Position numbers and translations under genes: made by a program. From NCBI GenBank assembly GCA_964016885.1, contig OZ024742.1:116994001-117058000 (forward strand): DNA of 64,000 bases. The letters are read 5' to 3'. Of this stretch, positions 52,011-64,000 are shown piece by piece. The notes beneath the pieces were generated by a model. The model did not search any database. It was not told the origin of the DNA and saw only the letters and a list, made by a program, of their open reading frames with translations. The stretch comes from Eledone cirrhosa (taxonomy: Eukaryota). Each line of letters starts with the position of its first letter. The first letter of the stretch is position 1.

Positions 52011-55000
52011 ATTTGGATATAGCCAGTCTCATATTACATTATAAAATACATTATTTCTTTTATTTTCAAAGATAATAGAGTATGATTACAGGACGATTTA
52101 ATTTGGTTGCTATGTTTAGCAGGTTGAACGACCACATAGAGGATTCTTCATTGACTGGCAAATATTTTACATAGTGTGTTGCAATATATAAATTCTTTTC
52201 TTCTATTGTATGTAAATGTCATGTATTGAGAAAGATGACACTGGATGTTATTTTCTACATGTACACAAATCTTCAATATTGCTCTCTTTTAAATATTCCT
52301 TTCTATGGTTTTATGGAAATTTCTTTGGAAATAATGTATAGTTTCTGACATTATTTTCCTACTTTTCTTGTTTTCTATTGTTCTCATCATTAACTTAGTC
52401 TTTGAATGGTTTTAAGAAAACTCCTAGCACTTGATTGATGCGCCAATCATATTTGTTAATCTGAAGTCCTACATTACTATTTGTTAATGTGTTCTTAAGC
52501 TTGCAAGATAGAGTGTCTGTCTTATATATTGGAATATTTCCACATTGATAGATTAACAGTTAGAGATGTGACATCATGAATAGTAATGTTATGGATGTTT
52601 GAATATCATGAAGGAATACAGAATAACAGATTTGACCAAGTTGTGTAATACTTTATTGCATTATCTTCGATACATTTATCATACATCTGTATAGTGATAG
52701 CTTTTACAGTGCTTGTGAAGCATTTTATGTATGTTAGGAATACAAGTACTTCAGGACAGCATGAATCATTTATATTTAACTTCATATATAGTACATCTGC
52801 TGAATATTTGGAAATTCTTCAAGACTTAACTGGATTACACATATTTTTCATCTTCTACTTGTTCCTATTATTGTGCTATGGTCATGTGGGGACATTGCTA
52901 TCTTTTGTATATTTCTATTCATTGGAACTACTTAACTTAACATGATACGGATACATTTTTCTTGAAATCATGTTTCAGTCATTGGATTGATATAATCTCT
53001 GCTTCTTACTCTTTTTTTTATATACATATGTGTGTCTAAGTATGTATGTGTGTGTGTGTGTGTGTGAGTGTTTGTGTGTATGTATGTATGTAATGCATGT
53101 ATATATCTATGTGCATGCGTGTGGGTTTTATCTATATTCATAAAAATACATCTTTTTAGTGACTTCTTTAATGCATGTGCAATCATATATGAACAAATTC
53201 AAAACTGGGAACAAATTCAGACAGCAGTTTATGTGCAGACACTATCTCATGGCATTATATTTTTTTGATATTGCTTACTTGGAGAAGTATGTATTTGTCA
53301 TTCTATATTTATGTATTCTCATTGTTATTGTAAGGAAATACATGTAAATGCACATACATTCATACATATATACATACATACACACAGATAAATACATAAG
53401 TATGCACGCACATACATGTGTATGTATGCATTTACATGCATATGTATGCACATACATGTGTATGCACATTCATTCATACATGTATACATACAAACACACA
53501 GATAAATACATAAGTAAACACATTCATGCATGTGTATGTATGCACATACATACATACACAGGCACACACAATCATAAGAAGGTGGAGCCTTCTCATAGTC
53601 ACTAAAGTATCTTTGATTAGAGCCTCTACATGGCTGGACTGTCATTGTTACCAGACAGGAGCTCTTTCAGCTTCTATGTCCTTCTTCAAATTGTCTTCTG
53701 CTTTTGAGTCCATCTAGTTTATTTTGAAAATCACTAACTACTATGTATTGTTGAATGGTGGATACTTCATCAAGGAAGGCCTTTGTGTTTCTGACCATCA
53801 TCCTATCCGACCTTCTGGTGAATATAACGTTCATCTTACTTTAATGCTCACTTGTAAAATAGATAAGCAAGTGGTTAGCTGGTTTTCTAAAATTAATATT
53901 GTAGCTAGTCAGATCATTAGCATCACGGAACTCCAGGAGCCTTGATCTTACCTTAATTCTTGTACTGAACCCAAGTTTCTGTAGATACTATGGAAGCCAT
54001 CACAGCATTGCCTAACATGTCCATTAAAATCATCAGCCATTATTATGAAGGCACTGTTACTTGTTATAGAGGTAGTTTGCATGAGGGTCTCCTAAAAGTT
54101 GTTTTTTAGATCTCCTAAAAGTTGTCTTATTGTCATTGTTGTTTTAGCTAGAACTAACCTAATTTTAATGATTCTCTCACTTTCTCTAACTGTATCATTT
54201 ACCCTATCTACCCATTTTTCTGCTGACAGAATACCTGACAGAATTTGTTACTACATTTAAGTGTTTTGCTTGCATCTTTATCTCTTTTGTGTATCAAGCA
54301 TTTAGTTGGTATTTTCTATTTCTGGATTGCAAAAGCATATCACTTTAAAGTGAGGGCTAATACGCTGGCTTTTGGTTCATGACAGACACCTTTAGTTATC
54401 TATATTCTCTCACTTTTAAGCTTTCTGATTTTTTTCTCCTTTTTGCTATCAAGCATACAGTTTTTCATCCACTGATTTGTTGTGGTATTACTGTGAAATT
54501 TCCCTGAGTGTGAGATTGTGGTCATTATTTAGGGAGTATTTCTCAATAATCTCCTTTCCAATTCTCATGAGTTTATCTGCGTTATGACTTGTTCTATTGT
54601 TGGGCTTCTATGCTTGGTGGTTAATGGATGTTACCAAAGGGATATGATGCAGCATTCAAATGCCGTTTGGATCAATGTTAAGCTTCTGCCTCCCTGTTTG
54701 TTTTAGTTTTGAAGCAGTCTATGTCATTACTTATGTGAAAATGTTCAGTACCAATGAGAACTTTTGAATTTTAACATCAATAGTTTGGATCTCATCCAGC
54801 GTCCAGTCAAGTAGGTACAGCAAACACATTGTTGATTTATTGTATGCAGAGAATTCCAAATACCATATTTTCTTATCAACATGTCATATTCCTTGGGTAC
54901 ATGGTTCTTGTTACAAATTCCATCATAGGCTATATTTTCACCAATCCATATATGAATGGTGTGTGTGTATATGTATGTAAGTTGGTAAGTGATGTATGTA

Positions 55001-55280
55001 TGCGTTTCCCCACTATAATGCTATAATACAATAAGAGTAAGAATACATAAAGCATCTCCTATTAGATGGATGAGCCTTGATAGGTGGACAAGGTATTTCA
55101 ACATATCCCTCTTGTCATGTGTTAGGGTAAACTGTGAACCATTTTATCCACTAAGACAATGAAACTTTTGCATTATGCACTGTGATTTTTATGTCTTTAA
55201 TGAATTCATGAAATAAAACTATATTTTTGATTAAAAGAAATAGTATATTAAAACCATTTCAGAATATTGTTATTAAGTGT

Positions 55281-55305
55281 TATTTTCTTTCCTTTTCAGG
55301 TAAGT
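55281..55305 (+). promoter_or_regulatory. Candidate recursive splice site (3' splice site fused directly to a 5' splice site)
   Basis: tattttctttccttttCAG|GTAAGT in non-repeat sequence. Confidence 0.45.
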
Positions 55306-56014
55306 TTTCTTCATCTTCCAAAATCTATATGGCTCTAGGCAGAAACAATAAATACCAGGAGAATTTCACAAATAAGAAAAGTAAGTCCAAGATGAATAAC
55401 TCTTTAATATAAATTATATTGTTTTGTGTATCTTTTCTCTATATTTATTTTGATAATTTTTTCTCTAGGTTTTTGGATCTACCTAGTATTACCTAAAAGT
55501 CTTATATGGTAGTAGGTTTTGAGATAAAGTATTAGCAAATTGCTTGATTTGTGGTGTTAGATTTCATTCTACATGATTGATTAAATTACCTCCCATTAGT
55601 AAAACAACCCAATAGGCCACTCCCTCTATGGAAGCAAACACGGAAATAAAAATAACAAATCTTTAAAATGTCATGTAGGTATTTGGGTAACAACAATTGT
55701 AAAGGTTTATGGGATGAATTTTAGAAATGTTTTGTATATTTACTCTATTCCATTTACATATCGAATTTCTGAAGCATGTATCAGATGATTCTATTTTTTC
55801 CTTGGAATCCTAAGAATGTTTCTTAAATCCTTGATGATAAAATCAAGTACCATAGTAGTTTTTGTCTCAGGTTGTGCTATCATGTTGAACCTACTGGCTT
55901 TACATAGCATAATGAAACGACAAATTTTAGACAATATTTATACATAATATAACTTCAAGCTGACAAAATCTTTAGGAGTATGTATTATTAGCTTTGAAAA
56001 ATGATCACCATAGT

Positions 56015-56330
56015 CATGAATGCCCATGGGTTTGCTCATAGAAAGGTCCTCTCCAAGGTACAAGCCCAGGGAAGGCGTGTTTGCAGTAGATCAACAGTCA
56101 CTCGTGCATACAAGTATCCTCTCTTCATGCTACCGATTTTGTCAAAGGCAAAGGCCAATATGGCTTGGCACAATTGACATTGCAACTCAATTTTTACAGC
56201 TGAGTGAACTGGAGTAACATGAAATAAAGTATCTTGTTCAATTACACCACACATTGACCAATCTGGATTAAACTTACAACCTCATGATTGTAAGCTAAAC
56301 ACCCTAACAACAAAGCCATATGCCTTCACT
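56015..56330 (-). mobile_element. Older SINE with a family B head and a third body type
   Basis: acagctgagtgaactggagtaacatgaaataaagtatcttg...aagccatatgccttc head; distinct body at 56015-56180. Confidence 0.65.
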
Positions 56331-57232
56331 TTAACAAATTATATCCTGTTACTGCAAAAAGAGAATTATTATAAAGACAATTTATCATCTTTGTTGTGTC
56401 TGCAGTGCTCACCTAGTACACTTTGAATATGTTAGTTGTCCATAACTGTTTACACAAACAGTACTTTTTGAAGAATTAACTTTGAATTCATAATACATTG
56501 TTCTCTTCACTTTTGAGCTCTTGGGTGATATATTAGCTTTTGCTTCCATTTTTATCCTGATTTTTAGAATAGATACACGATATTTCTACATGTCATAAGA
56601 GGTGACTAAAAGAGTTTATGTCAGCAAATATCCTATCCAACTCTTGCCCGGATGGAAAAGTTGATGTAAAAACGATGATGATGATAATTTCTGTTGCATA
56701 GTGGGCATTGTTTGAAAGATATATCACTTCAAAGGTTATCTAAACTAATTTTAAGCCTCTTATTTTGTTTTCTCTTCTATGATTGAATCTATCAGTATCA
56801 CTAATTCTACAGAATCTTCTAATTTTGTAGCCTTTGATGTCAAAAGAACATATTTCCTCTCTAGTTCTATCAATTTTCCAAAATGTTTGCATTAATGTTG
56901 ATACTGTTAAAGTTTGGGTGATATATTCCTGTAGCTCCTGGTGTGCAGGTTTTTACACAGGAAATTCATCCAGAGAAGGAGAGGGAATGATAGAGATGAA
57001 GTGAGAAAGAGATATAGAGGAAGAATCAACTCCAGTTGGTAATTTTTATTGACCTCAAAAGGATGAATTCACCATGTTCTGCTCATGTTTACTAGCTGCC
57101 ATAATGTTTTAATGTGTGAATATTATTCTTTAATGGTTAAACTGGCAGAATTGTTAAAGCATCAGATAGAATGCTTTGTAATGTTTATTTTAGTTCATTG
57201 CACTGGTTAACTTTGCCTTTCATCCTTTAAAA

Positions 57233-57444
57233 CCCTTTAGCGTTTAAACTGGCCATATCCGGCCATAATTCTCTCACCTCCTTCTTTTCAAACTGGCTGT
57301 AACCATCCACTTATACCAACACTAAGGTATTGTTCTTCAAATAAATAATATCAAAATTTCAAAGATTCAATATTATGTGAGATAAAGCCTTTACCATGAA
57401 AATACAATAGTAAATATAGAGAAATGTAAATGCTAAAGGGTTAA
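57233..57444. mobile_element. piggyBac-like MITE (family 1) inserted in the central domain of an old SINE A
   Basis: TIR ccctttagcgttta / taaatgctaaaggg + ttaa; flanks read gcctttcatccttt...gggtc. Confidence 0.8.
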
Positions 57445-58944
57445 GGGTCTTCTCTCTATATCTCATATACACACACAAACACAGTCTCTTTTTTACTCTC
57501 TCTTTCTCTTTCACACACACTTTCTGTCTAACTCACTCTCTCTCACACATATATACACAGGCTCTCTCTTTCCCTCTCTCTCTATCTTTGTATATATGTT
57601 TACCTGTAATTCAAAGGTTTCAGTCTTGTCATATTGTGTTATACTGATTTGGCATGACTATGGAATACTCAGCCATTTACTAGCTATTTTCATAGGTAAG
57701 TATTCAATGGAGTGAAAAACTTAATACTCATTGTCTGATTATGAATCTGCCACATATACTATTCTTTCGTATTTTTATTCACACCACCTCTATATGGTAC
57801 TTGTTCATCAATAACTAAGTATAGGTAGCACTCATTTTGTGAAGTAGAAGAGAGAGAATATGGACAAAAGAAATATTTATATTTGAAATTTGAAATGTTG
57901 GAATCCAAATACAGAAATCTCTATAAGTAATAATAGCTTTAGAAAATCAGGTAAAATGTCCTTAGGGATATGTTACAATACCAAATTAGACTTTGATTAG
58001 ATGGAGTTTATATATTATTATGTGATCTTCCTTTCATTAGTTTTGATGATCAGCATTCTGTTGTTTGATCAATTGACCATCAACCCTTTTGATACTAAAC
58101 TGCCAGTAACCACCTCTGTTTATTTTAAGGTATTTACATTTATCTACAAACTGTCCCTCATATTTATATGTAAGAACCTAACATCAGCTTAATAATAAAA
58201 TAGTTTATATTCCAAAAATCACTCTAAATTCTACCATATAAAAATGTGTATCTTAAAGTATTTAAAGTATTTATAATCATCTAAGAACTTTCTAGCACCT
58301 CAATAAATCAAAAGATTTATATCTAATATTATAAATAGGAAGCTATCTATCTCGTGGAGATTTCTTTACATAAGCGCTTTAGATAAGAGCTTTGTTACAA
58401 CTCCTTGTTGAAAGAGCAACATGAAATAAAGTGTCTTGCTTAAGGACAAAAGGCATCACCCAGTCCAGGAATCAAACTTGCAACCTCGTGATTGTGAATA
58501 CAATTCTCTAACCACTATCTTATATGTCTGGACTTTTGAATTATAAATACAATCTAAAAAATAGGCTTCCACACACTTTCTGTCTACTCAATTTCACTCA
58601 CAGAACCTTGATTAAGTCATAGCTATGATAAGAAACAATTAATCAAAATGGCATGAAGATGAATTGAACCCAAGATGTCATGTTTGCAAAGTGAATCTCT
58701 TAACCACTATGCTATTCTTGCATCGATTACATAGTATTATAATATGCATAACATTAAAATTAAAAGGTACTTAAGTGACAGTCCATATACTCAGTTGTAC
58801 ACTTAGATGTGTAAACCTTGTACTGATGCTAACCCTTACTAAAGTTACAGTTTCTACCTGGCATATCGTTCCAAATAAAAGGAAAGTATATCTTGAATTA
58901 AGCAACATTGATGCAAATAAATTAAATTTTTTCATCATACTGTT

Positions 58945-59990
58945 GTTATTATCATTTCATGTTTATTAGGTTTTCAGACTGGTGATGATATTTAATCTCC
59001 TAATTAAATCAAATGACCTCAGATTGGCAGCACTATGGAGAGAATGTTTGCAGTTCCCAACAAAGCATATTTCTGTAATTATATTTCATGAAATGCCAAT
59101 TTCCTTCAAATAACACTAAATTCCTGGTGACCAATACCAATACTCCTATCAGTATTAGTATCATTTTCACATTTTTGCCCCACCCTTTAGCAATTTTGAC
59201 TCTCGACTCAGTATTTATTGTTTTGTTAGTTTTCTTCCCTAATAAAATGATCCCTTGTTACTGCCAGTTATACATGTTCTCATTCTTATCCATCAACATA
59301 ATGCCAGGTTTTCTGTCCTGAATAAATCTAGCTCTTTGAATCATAAATGCCAACAAGAAATTGAAAATTTCATTTTCAATCACTTTTCTTGGTTTATGCT
59401 TGTACCACTTTTGAACAGTTACAAAACCAAACTTTCGACTTAAGCACCAGTGGAGGAGTTTGTGCACTCCTACCCCACGCACCCTATACCTTTCTAAATC
59501 TACCCAATTGTAAATGTTATGCTGTAATGTGTTTGTGTTCAGTGCCTGAGCTTGGACAGCCATAAGCAAACAATTTGTTCCCCACTTCAAATCTCATCTG
59601 ATTAGACATTCTCATGATTTACTTATCTTAACGTTCTTTGTGCTCCTGTCAAACTGACCATACAATGGAATCACCTCCCTGCTTTCATATTTATCTTTTA
59701 TAATTCTCTTCTTGTAATCCTCTTTTGACAGCCTAGCATCATTTGCAATAACTGCCTCAATAGCGGCAACATATAGATCCATGTGGCCTCTGTTCACCCA
59801 CCTGTCACACATTTTTATATTTCAACAAGATTTCTTCCAACCATTTTCCTTGGCTAGATATCTTTTTTTATGTATTGTTTCCTCTTCTATCAAAGTTTTT
59901 CATGTTAATCTGTCCATGTCTTCAAGTTCATGTTTTTCCCATCTGACTGTTGCGCTGCACTGTACTTGATGACTGCGACTGCCCATATAT
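58945..59990 (-). mobile_element. Degenerate R4/Dong-like non-LTR element: C-terminal region with restriction-like endonuclease
   Basis: LYGQF, AVQAQALNTN, LHWCLSRKFG, WYKHKPRKVIENE, RKPGIMLMDK and terminal LQKYALLGTANILSIVL* (stop 59019-59021); zinc-knuckle segment deleted. Confidence 0.85.
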
Positions 59991-60049
59991 TTATGGCCAA
60001 TATCAAATTTCATGTATTTAGTTTTATTATTATTATTATCACACATAAA

Positions 60050-60272
60050 AGGGTAGTGGATTGGCAGTATCGGTAGAGTGTCAGACATCATGCTTTGCAG
60101 CATAGAGTTACGGCCCTTTATGATCTGAGTTCAAATCCCGCCGAAGTTAACTTTGCCTTTCATCCTTATGGGGTCAATAAAATAAAGTACCAGTCACTCA
60201 CTGGGGTCGATTTAATCAACTTTCCCCTCCCCCAAAGTTGCTGGCCTTGTGCCTATATCAGAAACCATTATT
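60050..60272 (+). mobile_element. SINE family A (longer variant) with an 18-bp TSD
   Basis: TSD attattatcaYacataaa at 60032-60049 and 60267-60284. Confidence 0.92.
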
Positions 60273-61656
60273 ATCATACATAAAGGAACACACCACACTG
60301 TTTTTGCTACTGGTGAGTTTTCGAATTTTGTTAACAATTGCCACAAAGTTCTGTTACAATCTCTTACATAAGGTAGTGTTCTATCTGCCAGAGAGATATC
60401 TTCCTTGTATTCATCATGGAACAGGCTGGAATGCCCATTGCAAAATGGGATTTTATTACCATCTTCCCCAAAATTCAGATACGGCCAGTCTTTTACTGTC
60501 AACAATGTAGAGTCAGCATTTTCAGAATGTTGAAGCCAACAGTAAGATGAATGAGAAGGAATCATTAAAGAATGAATCAGCAGTTTTGTTAACAGCTGAA
60601 AAAGTTAGTAGTAATTAAATCTACAAACATGATAAATGTAAAAACAACAGTGACAACAAAAACAAAAATAAAAACAACAATAACAACATCAACAATGAAA
60701 ACATATTTACAGACTTGAAAGTTTCCCTACTTTGTCCAGCATCACCACCATCATTGCCTACAACAACAATAGCAGCAACGTTACTGACAACAACAACACT
60801 GCTACCAATGTCAAAGAAGCAAACAAATATAGCATTGCAGAAAAGGTAGCAACAAACAGCAAGCTATATTGAGCTACTTTCAGAGAAGCGAAGTGTCTTA
60901 TGCAGTGCTAGAAGATGTCATTTTGAATGTAGAGAAATCTACAATTATCTACACATGTGTGAATTTCCGCAATAAATGCCAGGAGAGACACTCTATTCTG
61001 AAAGCTCAACAAGTCATAAAGGAAGTATAGGCTAAAATAAAAGAAACATTTGTTTCAAGAGGAAGGGAATACAGGACAGTAGAAATGAGATTTGCATCCA
61101 AAAATGAAGTGAGGGCTCATTCTATCAACCCTTAAAGAGCAGGGTTTTTTTCCTAATCCATTGAGGTTTTACTCTAAATAATCAGAAAAACCTATAAAAA
61201 CTCCTCATCTAACTACCAAATGGCACACAGATGTTTGTAACTGTGGAAGGTATAGGGCCTCAATGTTATATATGTGGTGAAAACTCCTATCCTAGGACTT
61301 TCTTCCCTAAACAGGGAACAAAAAAATGAAAATACACTCTTAATAACACCACACCTGCAGCAGAAACAACACAAATAGCAGCAAAAACATCTACAACAGC
61401 AAGAAAAAGAGGCAGGACCAGAAACATCAGCAACAAACATGACTGTGACTGAACCACTGCCACCACCACCAACATCAACACCAATTCACAAGGAAAATAT
61501 GTCCCTATCCTTCGTCACATGCTCAGATCATATTTAACTGACTTTCAAGCTATCATGGCTACAAATTGTTGGAAGATCTGGCCCATTGCATTGGGACAGA
61601 TGTGTGTCATTCTTCCTCAGAGCAGTCAGACTGGCTGAGAAGAAAAGGTCACAGGT

Positions 61657-61860
61657 ATGGCAGAATTATTAGTGTTTCAAATGAAATGCATTGCAGTATT
61701 TTGTTAATGGCTTTCTTTGTCCTGCTTTCAAATGCTGTTGTGGTCAACTTTACCTTTCATTCTTTCAGAGTCGATAAAATAAAGTAACAGTAATGTACTA
61801 ATCAACATTCACCTCCCCTAAATTGCTGGCCTTTTGCCTAAAATTAGAAATCAACATTAT
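61657..61860 (+). mobile_element. Older SINE family A copy
   Basis: tggcagaattattag...acctttcattctttcagagtcgataaaataaagta...ttgctggcctt. Confidence 0.8.
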
Positions 61861-61950
61861 TGTTATAATTGTGATAATCGTCACCATTATCATCATCATC
61901 AGCAGTATCACCATCATTATCATTATTATTATTGTTATTATTATTTCATA

Positions 61951-62240
61951 TGGCGGTGGATTGGCAGTATTGGTAGAGGGTCTGATGCCATGCTTTGCAG
62001 CAAAGAGTTACGGCCCTTTATGGTCTCAGTTCAAATCCCGCCGAGGTTAACTTTGCCTTTCATCCTTATGGGGTCAATAAAATAAAGTACCAGCAATACA
62101 CTGAGATAATTGCTGGCCTTGTTCCTATAGTAGAAATCAGTGTTTTTACCTTTCATCCTTATGGGGTCGATAAAATAAAGTACCAGTAATAAACTGTGAT
62201 AATTGCTGGCCTTGTGCCAAAAGCAGAAACAATTATTATT
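61951..62240 (+). mobile_element. SINE family A with a tandemly duplicated 3' half and a 14-bp TSD
   Basis: cctttcatccttatggggtc.ataaaataaagtaccag occurs twice; TSD attattatttcata at 61937-61950 and 62232-62245. Confidence 0.93.
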
Positions 62241-62779
62241 TCATAAGACATATATAGTGAAAGCCTGAATTATATTTCCCAAGTGACAGTAATATAAACA
62301 GACGTAATAGTCTGTTTAGAAAAATGTGGAATTTTATATTTTTACACTTGAACTGTTCATGCCTTAACTTGATACCTATCATCTGATCAATCATTTATAA
62401 ATCACATTACACAATAGAAACTTTAAAGCAAAAATAGAAGTGTTTTATCTGTTTGTAATAGCAATATCGTTTTTATTCATATCTTTGTGCTGAGGCAGAA
62501 ATAATGAAATGAATTTTGTTTAGATATAACTCTTTCTATTGGTCAATTGACAGTTGTTTAACCCTTTTAATATCAAATTGCCCGAAATACCATTAGTTCT
62601 ATGAAATAAAATTGTTTATTTTAAAGTGTTTATATTCATCTAAATATTTTCCTTCATAATTTTGTTAAATTATGTAACAAACAACCGAATCTGTTGAGAA
62701 GGAAAGAAAGTATAGCATGTTGTATCTTATTGTCTTGGAGTTTCAATATGGAGTTAGATTTGGTAGAGGATGATATGAC

Positions 62780-63000
62780 CTGACATCAGACAGATTCAAG
62801 AGAAGTGCAAAGAGCAAGGACTCCCTTTATCAGGAATTTGTTGACTTACCAAAATCATTTCATATGGAGAACAAATACAATGTGGAGAATCCTGAAGAAA
62901 TTGGGGTGCCTGCCTAGGTTTCTCAGCATATTTGTTCAACCTCAAACTTGTATGAAGGCTTATCTCAACGTTAACAGTGACCTGATGAACAATCATACAG
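62780..63000 (+). mobile_element. BovB-like RTE RT fragment
   Basis: LYQEFVDLPKSF and WRILKKLGCLPRFLSI motifs; abuts an opposite-strand RTE RT relic at about 63000-63220. Confidence 0.65.
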
Positions 63001-64000
63001 AGACCTGATGAACACTTAGCTTCACATTGACCTTACATACTCTCACTTTACTAATAGCACCACATTACAAGGCTTGCACTGCACTCACAAGCCTCATTTG
63101 CATCCAGTGTCTTTGAGGATCATGATACTCTGTAAAAGGCCTTCTTCAAATCTTTGAAATCTAGATATAACAGCATACACTTAGCTAAGAACTTATCTTG
63201 TAGTTGTCCGACTCAGATAAGAGAATGAAAAAAAAAAAAAAAGTAAATAGTGAAAAACCTTGTCCAAGCTCCATTATCCATATGTCACAATCTCAGAATT
63301 AACCTAGAGAATTAAGTATTAATCCTGTTTCTTTATATATCTTCAGTGAAAGTATACAACATTAAGGAAGTAATGTCCATATACAACAACAGTTGCATGA
63401 TATATGATAAAGAACATATTACTATTAAAAACACAAGTTTTAAATGACTACATCATTATATCTACCTTAGTGAAAAATAAACAGAAAGTACGAAAGAAAG
63501 AATGTGATAGGTAATATATTAGCACAATATATCTCCTGAATAAGACATTTTTTAAATCAATTAAAATCAGTTAATTATATATGATACTAGAAATAATATA
63601 AGGATATAATAGAAAATATAAGTAAAAAGTATTAGTTGTATGGAAGTTCATATAATTTAGTAAAAAATATTAGTTGTATGGAAGTTCATATTATTTGTAA
63701 TCAATATTTAGAATTGTGTAGACATCAAATATTGCAGAAATACAGTAACAGATGATACTAAATAAATAAATAGTTAACAAATGTATAAATATCTCGTCTA
63801 TAAATGAAACAAATCTTGTGTCATTAAAGATTAAAAACATTAAGTTTAGAAATTTATGATGATTAAAATAATATACCTTTATATAAACTAATAATCTACT
63901 AATAGATTACATATTACTACACCTGCCTGGGGGCCATGGCGAAAGAGATTGTGTGGTGGACAAGGTTAAAAGGGTTAAAGACAGACACTTTCTTCTTCGG

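Noticed and set aside
57685-57701. tag|gtaagt as a recursive splice site (similarly 18950, 36197, 49153, 30410)
   Set aside because: Short pyrimidine tracts or weak donors, and several lie inside repeats
60285-60565. Complex-looking minus-strand ORF 60212..60565
   Set aside because: No recognisable family, no clear splice sites, and its end lies in a SINE; cannot be supported without a search
58945-62245. R4/Dong-like LINE as the mobilising partner of SINE family A
   Set aside because: 3' ends show no shared sequence and the tail repeats are of opposite sense (TAA vs ATT)
63621-63696. 38-bp tandem duplication (also an approximately 113-bp one at 53350-53570)
   Set aside because: Ordinary local slippage with no sign of function
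63915-64000. GC-richer window end: hammerhead-like acac..gcc-at-ggc-GAAA..gtgt, possible exon end, or aaagggttaa MITE end
   Set aside because: Core reads ctgcctg rather than CTGAnGA and the feature is truncated by the window edge

Overview
AT-rich eukaryotic DNA made up mostly of transposable elements and (TA)n/(CA)n microsatellites. The SINE/LINE repertoire suggests a coleoid cephalopod, probably Octopus; this is recognition from memory, not a database result. I found no intact host gene, and most ORF-track entries are microsatellite read-throughs or antisense shadows of LINE ORFs. Supported content: (1) several RTE-clade LINE families, the youngest carrying a C4HC3 PHD-type finger inside its reverse transcriptase and a (GAT)n tail; (2) Rex3/Expander-like RTE, CR1 and R4/Dong-like relics; (3) two tRNA-headed SINE families with swappable bodies and tails; (4) a hAT MITE with perfect TIRs and an 8-bp TSD, TTAA-type MITEs and tandem Helitron-like elements. 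The most interesting signal is a set of short non-coding cassettes wedged between microsatellite tracts. They form long fold-backs and/or carry hammerhead-ribozyme-like cores (CUGAnGA...GAAA), and probably derive from Penelope-like elements or retrozymes. There are also AG|GT recursive-splice or microexon motifs on the + strand, hinting that the window lies inside a very long intron. Coordinates were read by eye and may be off by a few bases at degenerate edges.
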